This document shows, one piece after another, positions 29,881 to 40,268 of a stretch of DNA of 64,000 nt. The position numbers and the translations under genes are program-made. Below the pieces are notes generated by a model. It was not told where the DNA came from and ran no database searches. It was given only the letters and a program-made list of their open reading frames with translations. Origin of the DNA: Candidatus Omnitrophota bacterium (GTDB lineage: Bacteria; Omnitrophota; Gorgyraeia; Zapsychrales; Fredricksoniimonadaceae). How positions within the stretch are numbered: the first letter of the stretch is position 1; every line of letters begins with the position of its first letter. The stretch is taken from assembly GCA_963828495.1 (NCBI GenBank), contig CAWHFJ010000017.1, positions 84,342 through 148,341 of the forward strand, given 5' to 3'.

Positions 29881-31027
29881 TGAACCCTTGTCGTATAGCT
29901 ATTTTAGGTTCAACAGGCTCGATAGGCCTTAACACATTGAACGTCGTGGATCACAATCCCAAGCGCTTTCAAGTGGTGGCATTGACGGCTTACAATAATT
30001 TTAAACTGCTTGAACGGCAGATTAAAAAATATAAACCCAGTATGTGGCCGTAGGAGAGTCAGGGTTAGCTTATTTTAAAAATATCGCCATCAAAGGGATA
30101 AAATTTTATCCAGTCAGGGATTCTGCTCATATAGCATCTTTAAAAGAAGTAGACACCGTGATTATCGCCATGCGTTCAGCCGGTGCTTTGATGCCGTTTT
30201 TGGCGGCGGTACGCGCGGGGAAGGTGGTTGCCCCTGCGAACAAAGAAGCATTGGTCATGGCGGGCGATTTGATCATGAAGGAAGCGAGGGACTATCATGC
30301 GCGCATTATTCCTATTGACAGCGAGCAGAGCGCTATTTTTCAATGTCTGGACGGACAAACCTCAGAGGTGAGTTTTATTCATTTAACGGCTTCAGGGGGG
30401 CCTTTACGTAAGGTCGCGCCCAAAGATTTTAAACATATGACTGTCAAAAATATTCTCAATCACCCGCGTTGGAAAATGGGGCCTAAAATCACCGTGGATT
30501 CAGCCACCCTTATGAACAAAGGGTTTGAAGTCATTGAAGCCAAGCATTTGTTCGGCTTGAGGCATAATCAAATTAAGGTATTGATTCATCCGGAAGCTAT
30601 TATTCATTCCATGGTGGAATTTGCAGACGGTTCTTTTTTGGCCCAGTTAGGGATAACGGATATGCGTTTGCCCATTCAATATGCCTTGACATATCCTGAG
30701 CGTCTGCCGACGGGGCTTAAGAGGCTTGATTTAGCTCGATTAGGGTCGCTTCATTTTGAAAAACCGGACCTTAAAAGATTCCCTTTGTTGGACTTGGCCT
30801 ATGAAGCGGCTCGACGAGCAGGAACGCTGCCGTCAGTCCTCAATGCCGCGGATGAAGAAGCTGTGGAGGCCTTTTTAGCCGGAAAAATTAATTTTTTGAG
30901 TATTTATAAAGTCATTGAAAAAGTCATCGGCCGTCATACAACAGTCAAGGACCCCTCGCTTGAGGCCATTATACAAGCGGACGCATGGGCACGCCAAGAG
31001 GCGCGTAGAATTTTAGAAAATCTATGA
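29880..31027 (+). CDS. dxr: 1-deoxy-D-xylulose-5-phosphate reductoisomerase; one frame break near 30041
   Basis: [15 protein letters not shown]...KYKPS (frame 3) continues as YVAVGESG...ANKEALV...IDSEQSAIFQC...LTASGGP (frame 2). Confidence 0.85.
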
Positions 31028-32144
31028 CACTGATCGTTTTTATTTTTATATTGAGTATTTTAATTCTGGTGCATGAATGGGGCCATTATATCACCGCCCG
31101 AAAATGCCGGGTTAAAGTCGAACAATTTGCTTTAGGATTCGGCCCCAAATTATTCAGCTGGATGCATGATGACACTGAATTTTGTTGGTGCGCCATTCCT
31201 TTAGGCGGCTTTGTCAAAATGGCCGGTGATGAGCGTGATAAATGCACAGGGAAAAATGATGAGTTTTTTGCCAAATCCCATGGGCAACGGGCGCTTATTA
31301 TTTTAATGGGACCGGTCGTGAATTTGATTTTGGCCTACGTATGTTTTTGGTTTGTGTTCATGATTGGTTACGTCGACATGGACCTTTCCCAGCAGAAGAT
31401 GGCCCCGACAATCGACCAGATTTTGGATCATTCACCGGCCCAGCTGGCAGGTTTACAAACAGGAGACAAAATTCTAAGCATTGATGGTAAAACTATCGAC
31501 CATTGGTCGCAACTGCAAGATATGGTCACGACTTCAATCGGCGCCCAGATGATTTTTAACATCCAACGTGCCGGGCACACTCTCCGGGTTGTCATCACAC
31601 CCCAACAGCAAGACACCCAAGATATTTTTGGTCGGCACCATCAAACGCGTCGCATCGGGGTGGGGCCACGGCCGATTGGAATGCTAAAGACATTGTCGTC
31701 ACCCGTTATGGATTTTTTGAATCATTCGGCAAAGCAGGTGAAGAATTGGGAAACATTACTGTCAAAACTTATGCGGCCTTGTATGAAATGATTATTGGAG
31801 AACGCTCTCCTAAAGAAGCCATGGGTATCATAGGCATGTTTTTTGTGATTAAATTCGCCTTGACCATAGGCTTTGCTTTTGTATTACATATTGTAGGGAT
31901 TATCAGCGCTTCTTTGGCGATTTTTAATTTATTGCCTCTCATTCCTTTGGATGGCGGACATTTATTTCTAATCGGTTTGGAAAAATTACGCGGTAAGGCC
32001 TTATCGATCAAAACCGATCAGCTGATTGCCAAAGCCGGGTTTACGTTGATTATCCTGCTGGCTTTATTTGTGTTTTATTCGGATTTTGAGCGTATCGGGT
32101 TGATTGATAAAATGATCAAATTATTTAGAGGTACAGGGCTTTAA
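31024..32144 (+). CDS. rseP: RIP zinc metalloprotease RseP; one frame break near 31655-31672
   Basis: HEWGHY (HExxH) and a PDZ segment (SPAQLAGLQTGDKILSIDG). The C-terminal part (VVTRYGFFESFGKAGEELGNITVKTY...LPLIPLDGG) is in frame 3. Confidence 0.8.
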
Positions 32145-32164
32145 CTTGAACGAAGGGGGAAAAA

Positions 32165-33439
32165 ATGTCCGATTTCGAACAAAATGAAATTAAAGCGCGC
32201 ATTCATCATTATCTGATTTCCAAGACCAATTTTTTAGAGCTCAAAGATACCATGAATGAAGACCAGATGCGTGCTTTTGTCGATAGTGCCATCAATAAAC
32301 TCTGTCAGGACACAAAATTAACCGTGACTCTTGAAGAGCGGATATCTATCATGAAAGAATTGGCCATTTCCATAGTCAGCTTAGGGCCATTACGTTCTTT
32401 CGTTGAAGATCCATCGATATCTGAAATTATGGTCAATGGGGCTAAATCGGTGTACATCCAGCGTGGGGGAAAAATTGAGAAGGCGGATATCAACTTTGTA
32501 GACAATGCCCATTTAATGCATACGATCCAAAAAATCATATCCGCGTCAGGCTCCAGCCGCCGCGTGGACGAGTCTTCCCCGTATGTGGATTTTTCCATGT
32601 CTGACGGTTCGCGTGTCAATGTCATTTTACCGCCTTGTTCGCTGATTGGCCCTATTTTGACGATCCGGAAATTTTCACGTGAGTTAACGACTATTGACAA
32701 TTTAATAGATCACAAAAGCCTTAACAAACAAATGGCCGCCTTTTTGACCGCAGCGATCAAGGCCAAACTGAATATTGTTTTCTGCGGCTCCACCGGCAGC
32801 GGCAAAACAACCTTGCTCAATGTGCTCTCCCGTCATATTCCGGACCATGAACGTATTATCACCATTGAGGACACCTCCGAATTGCGCCTGATGCAGGAAC
32901 ATGTGGTTTCCCTGCAGGCTAAACCCGCTAACACGGAAGGTAAGGGTGAGGTGACCATTCGTGATTTGTTCATCAATTCTTTGCGTATGCGTCCGGACCG
33001 AATTATCATCGGTGAAGTCCGCGGCCATGAAATTTTGGATTTGGTGCAGTCCATTGCTTCCGGTCATGCCGGCGCTTTAGCCATTGTGCATGCGGATTCT
33101 CCGCAGGAATGTTTTAACCGCATGATCACCATGATGCTGATGTCCGGTATCCGTTTAAGCGGTGAACAGATACAAAAACAATTAGCCACTTCCATTGATT
33201 TAATTGTTTATGTGGAGCTTTTTATGGACGGCGTGCGCCGGATTACGAATATTACGGATTTGCGTTATACGAAAGAAAACGGCAACATTTCCCTGATGGA
33301 TATTTTTACTTTCAAACAGGAAAAGATCGACGAACAGTCTCGCGTTATAGGGGATTGGGTCATGAACCATCAAAGGCCGTCCTTTTATGAAAAGTTTATC
33401 AAACGTAATATTCAATTGCCGGCGGGCTTTTTTGAATGA
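32165..33439 (+). CDS. CpaF/TadA-type secretion ATPase (type II/IV secretion NTPase family)
   Basis: Walker A GSTGSGKTT, IITIEDTSEL, and the His box SGHAGALAIVHA. Confidence 0.8.
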   Translation: MSDFEQNEIKARIHHYLISKTNFLELKDTMNEDQMRAFVDSAINKLCQDTKLTVTLEERISIMKELAISIVSLGPLRSFVEDPSISEIMVNGAKSVYIQRGGKIEKADINFVDNAHLMHTIQKIISASGSSRRVDESSPYVDFSMSDGSRVNVILPPCSLIGPILTIRKFSRELTTIDNLIDHKSLNKQMAAFLTAAIKAKLNIVFCGSTGSGKTTLLNVLSRHIPDHERIITIEDTSELRLMQEHVVSLQAKPANTEGKGEVTIRDLFINSLRMRPDRIIIGEVRGHEILDLVQSIASGHAGALAIVHADSPQECFNRMITMMLMSGIRLSGEQIQKQLATSIDLIVYVELFMDGVRRITNITDLRYTKENGNISLMDIFTFKQEKIDEQSRVIGDWVMNHQRPSFYEKFIKRNIQLPAGFFE

Positions 33440-33450
33440 AGGGATAAAAC

Positions 33451-34681
33451 ATGTACTGGTCTAAATATTTCATCACCACATTAAAAGAAATCCCGACAGG
33501 CACCGAGGCCACAAGCCATCAGCTCTCCCTGCGTGCAGGATTGGTCCAGATGCTGACCTCCGGTGTCTATTCCTATTTGCCGCTGGGATTTAAAGTCTTA
33601 CAGAAGGTCGAAAATATTATCCGTCAGGAAATGAATGCCATTGCCTGCCAGGAACTTTTGATGCCGGCCCTGCATCCTATTGAAATTTGGAAAAAAACCG
33701 GCCGCGATGTGACCCTCAAAGACATCATGATTACTTTTGAAAATAACAAAGGTCAACGTATGTGCCTGGGGCCGACGCATGAGGAAGTCATTACGGACCT
33801 TGCCCGGCAATTCATCAAAAGCTACCGTCAGTTGCCCGTCGTCTTGTATCAGATACAGACCAAATTCCGAGACGAGATCCGCACGCGTTTCGGGATCGTG
33901 CGCGCCTGCGAGTTTATCATGAAAGACGCGTATAGTTTTGACCGTGATAGGGAGGGTTTGAAAAAAAATTATGATTTGCAACTGGGCGCCTATACCAAAA
34001 TTTTTAAACGCTGCGGGCTAAAGGCTATGGTTGTCAGCGCTGATAGCGGGGCCATGGGGGGAAGTGTTTCGCATGAATTTTTAGTAGCCGCCCCCATTGG
34101 TGAAGACATCGGTATGGGTCAATAAAAATGACGGGCAGATCATCAAGGAAGAAGAAGGGAAAACGCCTCAAGGCAACCATTGGCAACGCCTAGTCAGCCA
34201 TTGAATTGGGGCATATCTTTCAATTAGGCACTAAATATTCGGAAAGTTTAGGCGCCTCTATTTGGATGAAGATGGACGGCAAAAACCTATCATCATGGGC
34301 TGTTACGGTATTGGTGTCAGCCGTTTGATTGCCGCTATTATTGAAGTTAATAATGATGCCAATGGTATTATATGGCCCAAGGAAGTCGCCCCCTTTGATG
34401 TAGAAATTTTACCTGTACAAGCCTCTGATACAGCGGCGATGAGTTTAGCTGAAAAATATTATAAAGAACTTAACGCCGCAGGATTGGATGTGCTTCTGGA
34501 TGACCGTGATGAAAGTGCAGGACGTAAATTCAATGATGCGGATTTAATCGGCATTCCCCTGAGGATCATCATCGGCAAACGTATGCTGGCGCATAACCAG
34601 GTAGAAATTAAAATCCGCCGCGGCGGTCAGGTCATGGCAGTCAACAAAGATAACGTTAAAGAAGAGATTTTAAAATTATGA
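33451..34681 (+). CDS. proS: prolyl-tRNA synthetase (short form without a large INS domain); three frame breaks within 34105-34262
   Basis: SHQLSLRAGLV...FRDEIRTRFGIVRACEF (frame 1) continues as VWVNKNDGQ... (frame 2), then AIELGHIFQLGTKYSE (frame 3), then YLDEDGRQKPIIMGCYGIGVSRL (frame 2). Confidence 0.85.
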
Positions 34682-34703
34682 CTAATATAATAGCTATAAA
34701 ATT

Positions 34704-34973
34704 ATGACTATCGAAGATTTAAAACAAAAGATAGAGTTATTAGCCAAGAAGGCAGTTGAGGGGACAGGGGTAGATTTAATCGAATGTAAAGTCGCTGGAC
34801 GCATAAATGACGTGGTCATCCAAATCACAGCCGACAAACTTCCAGGTGGCATTACTGTAGGAGAATGTGTTATATTGAACAAAGCTTTAGTGGCCGCTAT
34901 CACGCAGGAAAATTTATTAACTCCCGGGACTTTTTCCCTGGAAGTATCTTCGCCGGGTATAGACGCTGGATAA
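34704..34973 (+). CDS. rimP: ribosome maturation factor RimP, N-terminal domain only (89 aa)
   Basis: Ends ...FSLEVSSPGIDAG*, immediately upstream of nusA. The usual C-terminal domain is absent. Confidence 0.6.
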   Translation: MTIEDLKQKIELLAKKAVEGTGVDLIECKVAGRINDVVIQITADKLPGGITVGECVILNKALVAAITQENLLTPGTFSLEVSSPGIDAG

Positions 34974-34999
34974 TACTGAATAAATAAGAAAGGGTTGGT

Positions 35000-36055
35000 A
35001 TGGACAGTGAATTAATGGCAATTTTGGAACAATTAGAACGGGATAAAGGCATTGATAAAGAGACTTTAATCGCGGCTGTAGAAGCTGCGGTGGCTTCTGC
35101 TGCGAAAAAAATATGGACTATCGACAAGGAAGAAGACATTAAAGTGACTTTGGACCGCAAAACAGGTAAAATCAAGGCTTGGGCCGCGGGGGAAGAAATT
35201 CACTCCAGTGAATTCGGCCGTATCGCTGCCCAGACCGCCAAACAGGTGGTCATTCAAAAAATCCGTGAAGCCGAAAAAGATGTGGTGTTCGGCGAATATA
35301 ATGCCCGCATCGGACAGATTATCAGCGGTAGTGTGTATCGCTTTGAGCGGGGCAACATCATTGTGGATTTAGGCAAATCCGAAGCTCTGATCCCCAAGAG
35401 CGAACAAAGCAATAAAGAAGAATTTCGCCAGGGGGAGCGTATCCGTGCCTATGTGCTGGAAGTAAGAAGAGAAAATCGCGGGCCGCAGGTCATCCTGTCA
35501 CGCGCCCACCCGAATTTTGTCAAACGTCTTTTTGAACTGGAAGTGCCTGAAATTTACGAAGGCATCATTGAAATCAAAGCGATCGCCCGGGATCCCGGTG
35601 AGCGCACTAAAATCGCCGTTTATTCCAAAGATGAAAAAATTGATTGTGTGGGGGCGTGTGTAGGCATGCGCGGCAGCCGTGTGAAAAACATCGTCACCGA
35701 ATTGCACGGTGAAAAAATCGATATCGTGCGTTATTCCGAAGACATCAAAGAATATATTCAGGCCTCCTTATCTCCGGCGGAAATTTCACAGATGCAATTG
35801 ATTGCCGATGAAAAGAGAGTTAATATTATTGTGGATGAAGATCAATTGTCGTTAGCCATCGGTAAATACGGTCAGAATGTGCGTTTGGCCAGTAAGTTGG
35901 TCGGCTGGGAATTGGATATTTATTCCGCCAAACAATGGGAAGAAAAACAAAAAACCGTAGAATCTGCGGAAGATTCTACAAAGATCCCGGAAAGTGCTTC
36001 CCCTGATACCATCCCTGCTGATGAGGACTCTAAAGAAGAAGAGGAACAGGAATAA
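35000..36055 (+). CDS. nusA: transcription termination/antitermination factor NusA
   Basis: N-domain, S1 (GQIISGSVYRFERGNIIVDLG) and KH1/KH2 (GACVGMRGSRV; AIGKYGQNVRLA), then an acidic tail. Confidence 0.9.
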   Translation: MDSELMAILEQLERDKGIDKETLIAAVEAAVASAAKKIWTIDKEEDIKVTLDRKTGKIKAWAAGEEIHSSEFGRIAAQTAKQVVIQKIREAEKDVVFGEYNARIGQIISGSVYRFERGNIIVDLGKSEALIPKSEQSNKEEFRQGERIRAYVLEVRRENRGPQVILSRAHPNFVKRLFELEVPEIYEGIIEIKAIARDPGERTKIAVYSKDEKIDCVGACVGMRGSRVKNIVTELHGEKIDIVRYSEDIKEYIQASLSPAEISQMQLIADEKRVNIIVDEDQLSLAIGKYGQNVRLASKLVGWELDIYSAKQWEEKQKTVESAEDSTKIPESASPDTIPADEDSKEEEEQE

Positions 36056-36056
36056 T

Positions 36057-38538
36057 ATGCATATAGCGGATTTAGCCAAAGAGTTAAAAATTACCGAAAG
36101 CTATGTTACAAAGAAAATCAAATCATTAAAACTGCGTTCTAAAGACAACGGCGAAATTACGGCTATTGTCGAAATGATTCTACGCGACGCTTTGGCGGAT
36201 GAAGGCATAGGCCAGCGTGTGGTCGAGGAACCCCCGCCGACTAAAAAATCCGTCAAAAAGACTACTACCCCTAAACCCAAGCCTACTGCGGCCAAGCCTA
36301 AAATAAAAACTGAAGAAGACAAAAAAGAGAAAAAAAAGCCGTCTGTCTCCAGAAAGAAAACAGCCCTGGAACCTGACGATGAGCCGCTGCCTAAAAAAGA
36401 GGCTCCCAAATCAATTTTACCCAAATCGGAAACTCCGAAAATTGAATCCGTGCCTCCCAGAAGATCGAACCCGTGCTTCCCAAGATTGAACCCGTGCATC
36501 CCAAAATTGAATCCGCGCTTCCCAAGATTGAACCCGTGCCTCCTAAACCGGTGATGCCGCAAATAGATGTTACCAAAATAGATATCCCCAAAGATATTCC
36601 GCCGCTGGAACCGCTCAAAAAGAAACTCCGTTATGATGAACCTTTTATATCGGTCAAGCCTTTAGCTAAAAAACGCAAACGGTCTTTTGAGGATACCGGC
36701 GGCTTAGGGCATGGACGGGACCATAAACCTTCTGCGTCTATTGCCGGTGCGGTCATTCCTGAAATACAACCTGCCGGACCGCTGGTAGATATTGAATTAC
36801 CTATTCCCATCAGCGTTAAAGATTTCGCCGTACATATCAATCAGAAGATGAATGTTGTGCTAAAGAAACTTCTGAACATGGGCGTATTTGCCAATATTAA
36901 CCAGAATCTGGGTGAAGAACTTGTCGGAAAATTAGCCAACTCTTTCGGCCTTAATGTCATTAAAAGCAAAACTCAGGAAGAAGAGCTCATCGATGTCCGC
37001 CAGCACAAAAAGATGATCCGGCTTCTTTAAAACCACGGGCACCGGTCGTCACCTTTATGGGCCATGTGGACCATGGTAAAACATCCCTGCTGGATAGTAT
37101 CCGTTCTGCCAAGGTCGCTGAAAGTGAACATGGGGGTATTACCCAGCATATCGGCGCTTATTTGGTAGCGACAGCCAACGGCAAAATTACATTTTTGGAT
37201 ACACCGGGTCATGAAGCTTTTACAGCCATGCGTGCCCGAGGTGCTCATATTACGGACATCGTGGTATTGGTCGTGGCTGCGGATGACGGTGTTATGCCTC
37301 AGACCCAGGAAGCCATTGCTCATGCCCGCGCGGCTAATGTGCCGATTGTCGTAGCCCTTAATAAAATAGATAAAAAAACCGCTGATCCTGACCGGGTTAA
37401 AAAACAGCTTTCCGAGCTTGATCTGATGTCAGAAGATTGGGGAGGGAAAATAGGGGTTGTGGAGGTATCTGCGCTGACAGGGAAGGGCATTGAAAAACTT
37501 CTGGACCGTATTTTACTGGAGGCGGAAATATTGGAATTAAAAGCCAATCCCGATAAAAAGGCATTAGGGATTGTCATTGAGGCCCATATGAGCAAGGGCA
37601 AGGGTGCCATTGCCTCTTTGATTGTGCAAAGCGGTACGTTGAACTTGTCGGATGCTCTTGTCATAGGCCCTCTGCATTGCAAAGTCAAGGCCATGTTTGA
37701 TGATCAGGGACGGCCTATCAAAGAAGCCGGACCGTCGACGCCTGTGGAAATTTTGGGGCTTTCCGAAGTCCCTGCAGCGGGTGAAATTTTTTACGCGGTA
37801 GAAGATGAAAAGACAGCCAAAGAAATCGCGGAGAACCGCCAGGAAAGATTAAAAAATGAGAAGCTTTCGGGCACGGCTAAAGTTTCTTTAGAAGAATTGT
37901 ATTCGCAAATTCAGCAAGGGGAAATCAAAGAACTGCGGGTCGTGATAAAAGGCGACGTGCAAGGCTCTCTGGAAGCGCTCAAAGAGTCACTGAGCAAAAT
38001 CCCCTCTGATGAAGTGAAATTACGTTTTATTCATACGGCGGTGGGGGATGTTAATGCTTCTGACGTGGTCTTGGCGCATGCCTCTAATGCCATTATCATT
38101 GCTTTTCAAGTGGGCGTTGATGATAAAGCCCGGCAGGAATTAGATAAAAATCCCGTAGATGTACGGGAGTACCGTATCATTTATGATGCTGTTGAAGATT
38201 TAAGAAAAGCCTTGGAGGGGTTACTCGCCCCCAAACTCAAGCGTCATTTCATCGGTCGTGTGGAAGTACGCAATGTGTTTAACTTAAGCCGTTCGGGGGT
38301 CGTAGCCGGTTGTTTTGTTCAAAAGGGCAAGGTCCGCAATAAAATTCAGGTTGAAGTTTTGCGCAACGGCGATGTTGTCCATACCGGGCATATCAGCACT
38401 TTGAAACGGTTTAAGGACGATGCCAAAGAAGTCACTGAAGGCTTTGAATGCGGGATTACAGTGTCCAATTTTGATACCATTGCTGTCGGGGACATCATTG
38501 AAGCGTTTGATATCGAATCCATTGCGCGCAAGCTATAA
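36057..38538 (+). CDS. infB: translation initiation factor IF-2; two frame breaks (36459-36460 and the A5 run 37007-37011)
   Basis: The N-terminal Lys/Pro-rich region (frame 3) continues through PKIEPVx repeats into frame 2, then [28 protein letters not shown]...DTPGHEAF...NKID in frame 1. Confidence 0.9.
36435..36541 (+). repeat. five tandem 21-nt (PKIE[PS][VA]x) repeats inside infB; unit 2 is 23 nt
   Basis: Units at 36435, 36456, 36479, 36500 and 36521. Unit 2 reads CCCAGAAGATCGAACCCGTGCTT, against CCCAAGATTGAACCCGTGCAT in its neighbours. Confidence 0.85.
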
Positions 38539-38541
38539 ATT

Positions 38542-39519
38542 ATGACCAAAACAGTTTATTCAGGGATGCGGCCGACCGGTAAATTGCACTTGGGGCATTT
38601 ATTGGGGGCCCTTAAAAATTGGGTTGCTCTGCAAAAAAATTACCAGTGCATCTTCGGCATCGCCGATTGGCATGCTCTGATGAGCGAGTATGAAAACAGC
38701 CGCCCGCTACGTGATTATGGGATAGACATGGCTATCGACTGGATGGCCTGCGGTCTTGATCCCGAAAAATCCATCATCTATGTTCAGTCTGATGTTCCCG
38801 AGCATCTGGAGCTACAGATGTTTTTATCCTGTCTGACACCCTTAGGCTGGCTGGAACGCAATCCCACTTACAAAGAGCAGCTGCGTGAAATTACCTCGAG
38901 AGATTTACAAACTTATGCGTTTTTAGGTTATCCGGTATTACAGGCAGCGGATATCCTTTTGTATAAGGCTGATGCCGTTCCCATCGGAGAAGACCAACTG
39001 CCTCATCTGGAATTATGCCGTGAAATCGCCCGGCGTTTTAACTCCTTATATAAAACCGATGTCTTTCATGACTGCCGCGCCATTTTAACAAAAACCCCAC
39101 GGCTTTTGGGAACAGATAACCGCAAGATGAGTAAAAGTTACGGCAATAGTATTAATTTGTCGGACGCCCAAGAAACCGTTGAGACCCAAGTTGTGTCGAT
39201 GATTACAGACCCTAAACGTATTCGTAAAACAGATCCCGGACATCCGGAAGAATGTAATGTGTATAGTTATTATCAGGTATTTGCGCCGCAACAAGCCGCT
39301 GAAGCCCATCAATGGTGTACTGGTGCCCTTAAAGGGTGTGTCGATTGCAAAAAGAATTTAAGCCGGCACATCAATCAAGAACTTGCGCCCATCCGGGAAA
39401 GAAGGGCCGAATTGGAAAAAGACAAAGACCGGATCAAGGATATTCTCAAAGAAGGCGCTAAAAAAGCGCGTGTCATAGCCTGTAAAACTATGGCAGAAGT
39501 CCGTCAGGCTGTTTTATGA
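38542..39519 (+). CDS. trpS: tryptophanyl-tRNA synthetase
   Basis: GMRPTGKLHLGHLLGAL and KMSKS. Confidence 0.9.
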   Translation: MTKTVYSGMRPTGKLHLGHLLGALKNWVALQKNYQCIFGIADWHALMSEYENSRPLRDYGIDMAIDWMACGLDPEKSIIYVQSDVPEHLELQMFLSCLTPLGWLERNPTYKEQLREITSRDLQTYAFLGYPVLQAADILLYKADAVPIGEDQLPHLELCREIARRFNSLYKTDVFHDCRAILTKTPRLLGTDNRKMSKSYGNSINLSDAQETVETQVVSMITDPKRIRKTDPGHPEECNVYSYYQVFAPQQAAEAHQWCTGALKGCVDCKKNLSRHINQELAPIRERRAELEKDKDRIKDILKEGAKKARVIACKTMAEVRQAVL

Positions 39520-40262
39520 ACTACAAAATTCATCTTGAAAAATTTGAAGGCCCTCTGGATCTTTTGCTCTATCTCATCAAAAAAAATGATATTGATATCT
39601 GCGATATCCCGATTGCGACGATCACCGATCAGTACATGGAATACATTAAAATGATGAAACTGCTCGATTTGGACATTGTCGGGGACTTTTTAGTCATGGC
39701 CGCGACTTTAATGCAGATAAAATCCAAGATGCTCCTGCCGCCTGACCCCTTGGCCGCCGCTGATGCGCCTGATCCCCGTCAGGAATTAGTTGATCGCCTG
39801 AAAGAATACGAACAGTTTAAGTCCATTGCCGCAGGGCTTAAAACCAAAGAATCCCAGCGCCAGAATTTATTCGGCCGTATCATTGATACGGAAAAAATGA
39901 ATGAAATCAAGGAAGATGCCCAGGAGGTTTTATTCGAGGCCACTCTTTTTGATTTGATTAATGCATTCTCTCAAGCCTTAAGCCATGTGTCCCAAAAAGA
40001 AGATTATCAGGTGTCACAGGCAGAATATACTGTTGATGATAAAATCCACAGCTTGCTGCATCTGTTGGTTGAACGTACACGTCTTTCATTGATGGAAATT
40101 TTTAAGCAGTCTTCTTGTAAGGCAGAAATCATTTGCACATTTATCGCGGTTTTAGAGTTAATCCGTCTTAAAGAAATTGTCGTCATCCAGCAGCGTCAAT
40201 TTGCGGACATTGAAATCTTGCGCAACATCACTAACGAGACGCCGGCGAAGCCGCCGGTTTAA
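39516..40262 (+). CDS. scpA: segregation and condensation protein A
   Basis: FEGPLDLLLYLIKKNDIDICDIPIATITDQY. Confidence 0.85.
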   Translation: MNYKIHLEKFEGPLDLLLYLIKKNDIDICDIPIATITDQYMEYIKMMKLLDLDIVGDFLVMAATLMQIKSKMLLPPDPLAAADAPDPRQELVDRLKEYEQFKSIAAGLKTKESQRQNLFGRIIDTEKMNEIKEDAQEVLFEATLFDLINAFSQALSHVSQKEDYQVSQAEYTVDDKIHSLLHLLVERTRLSLMEIFKQSSCKAEIICTFIAVLELIRLKEIVVIQQRQFADIEILRNITNETPAKPPV

Positions 40263-40268
40263 TACACT

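Noticed and set aside
36101-36618. Minus-strand ORFs 36101-36562 and 36391-36618
   Set aside because: They lie opposite the Lys/Pro-rich linker and the PKIEPVx repeats of infB. The low-complexity repeat keeps all frames open. These are shadow ORFs.
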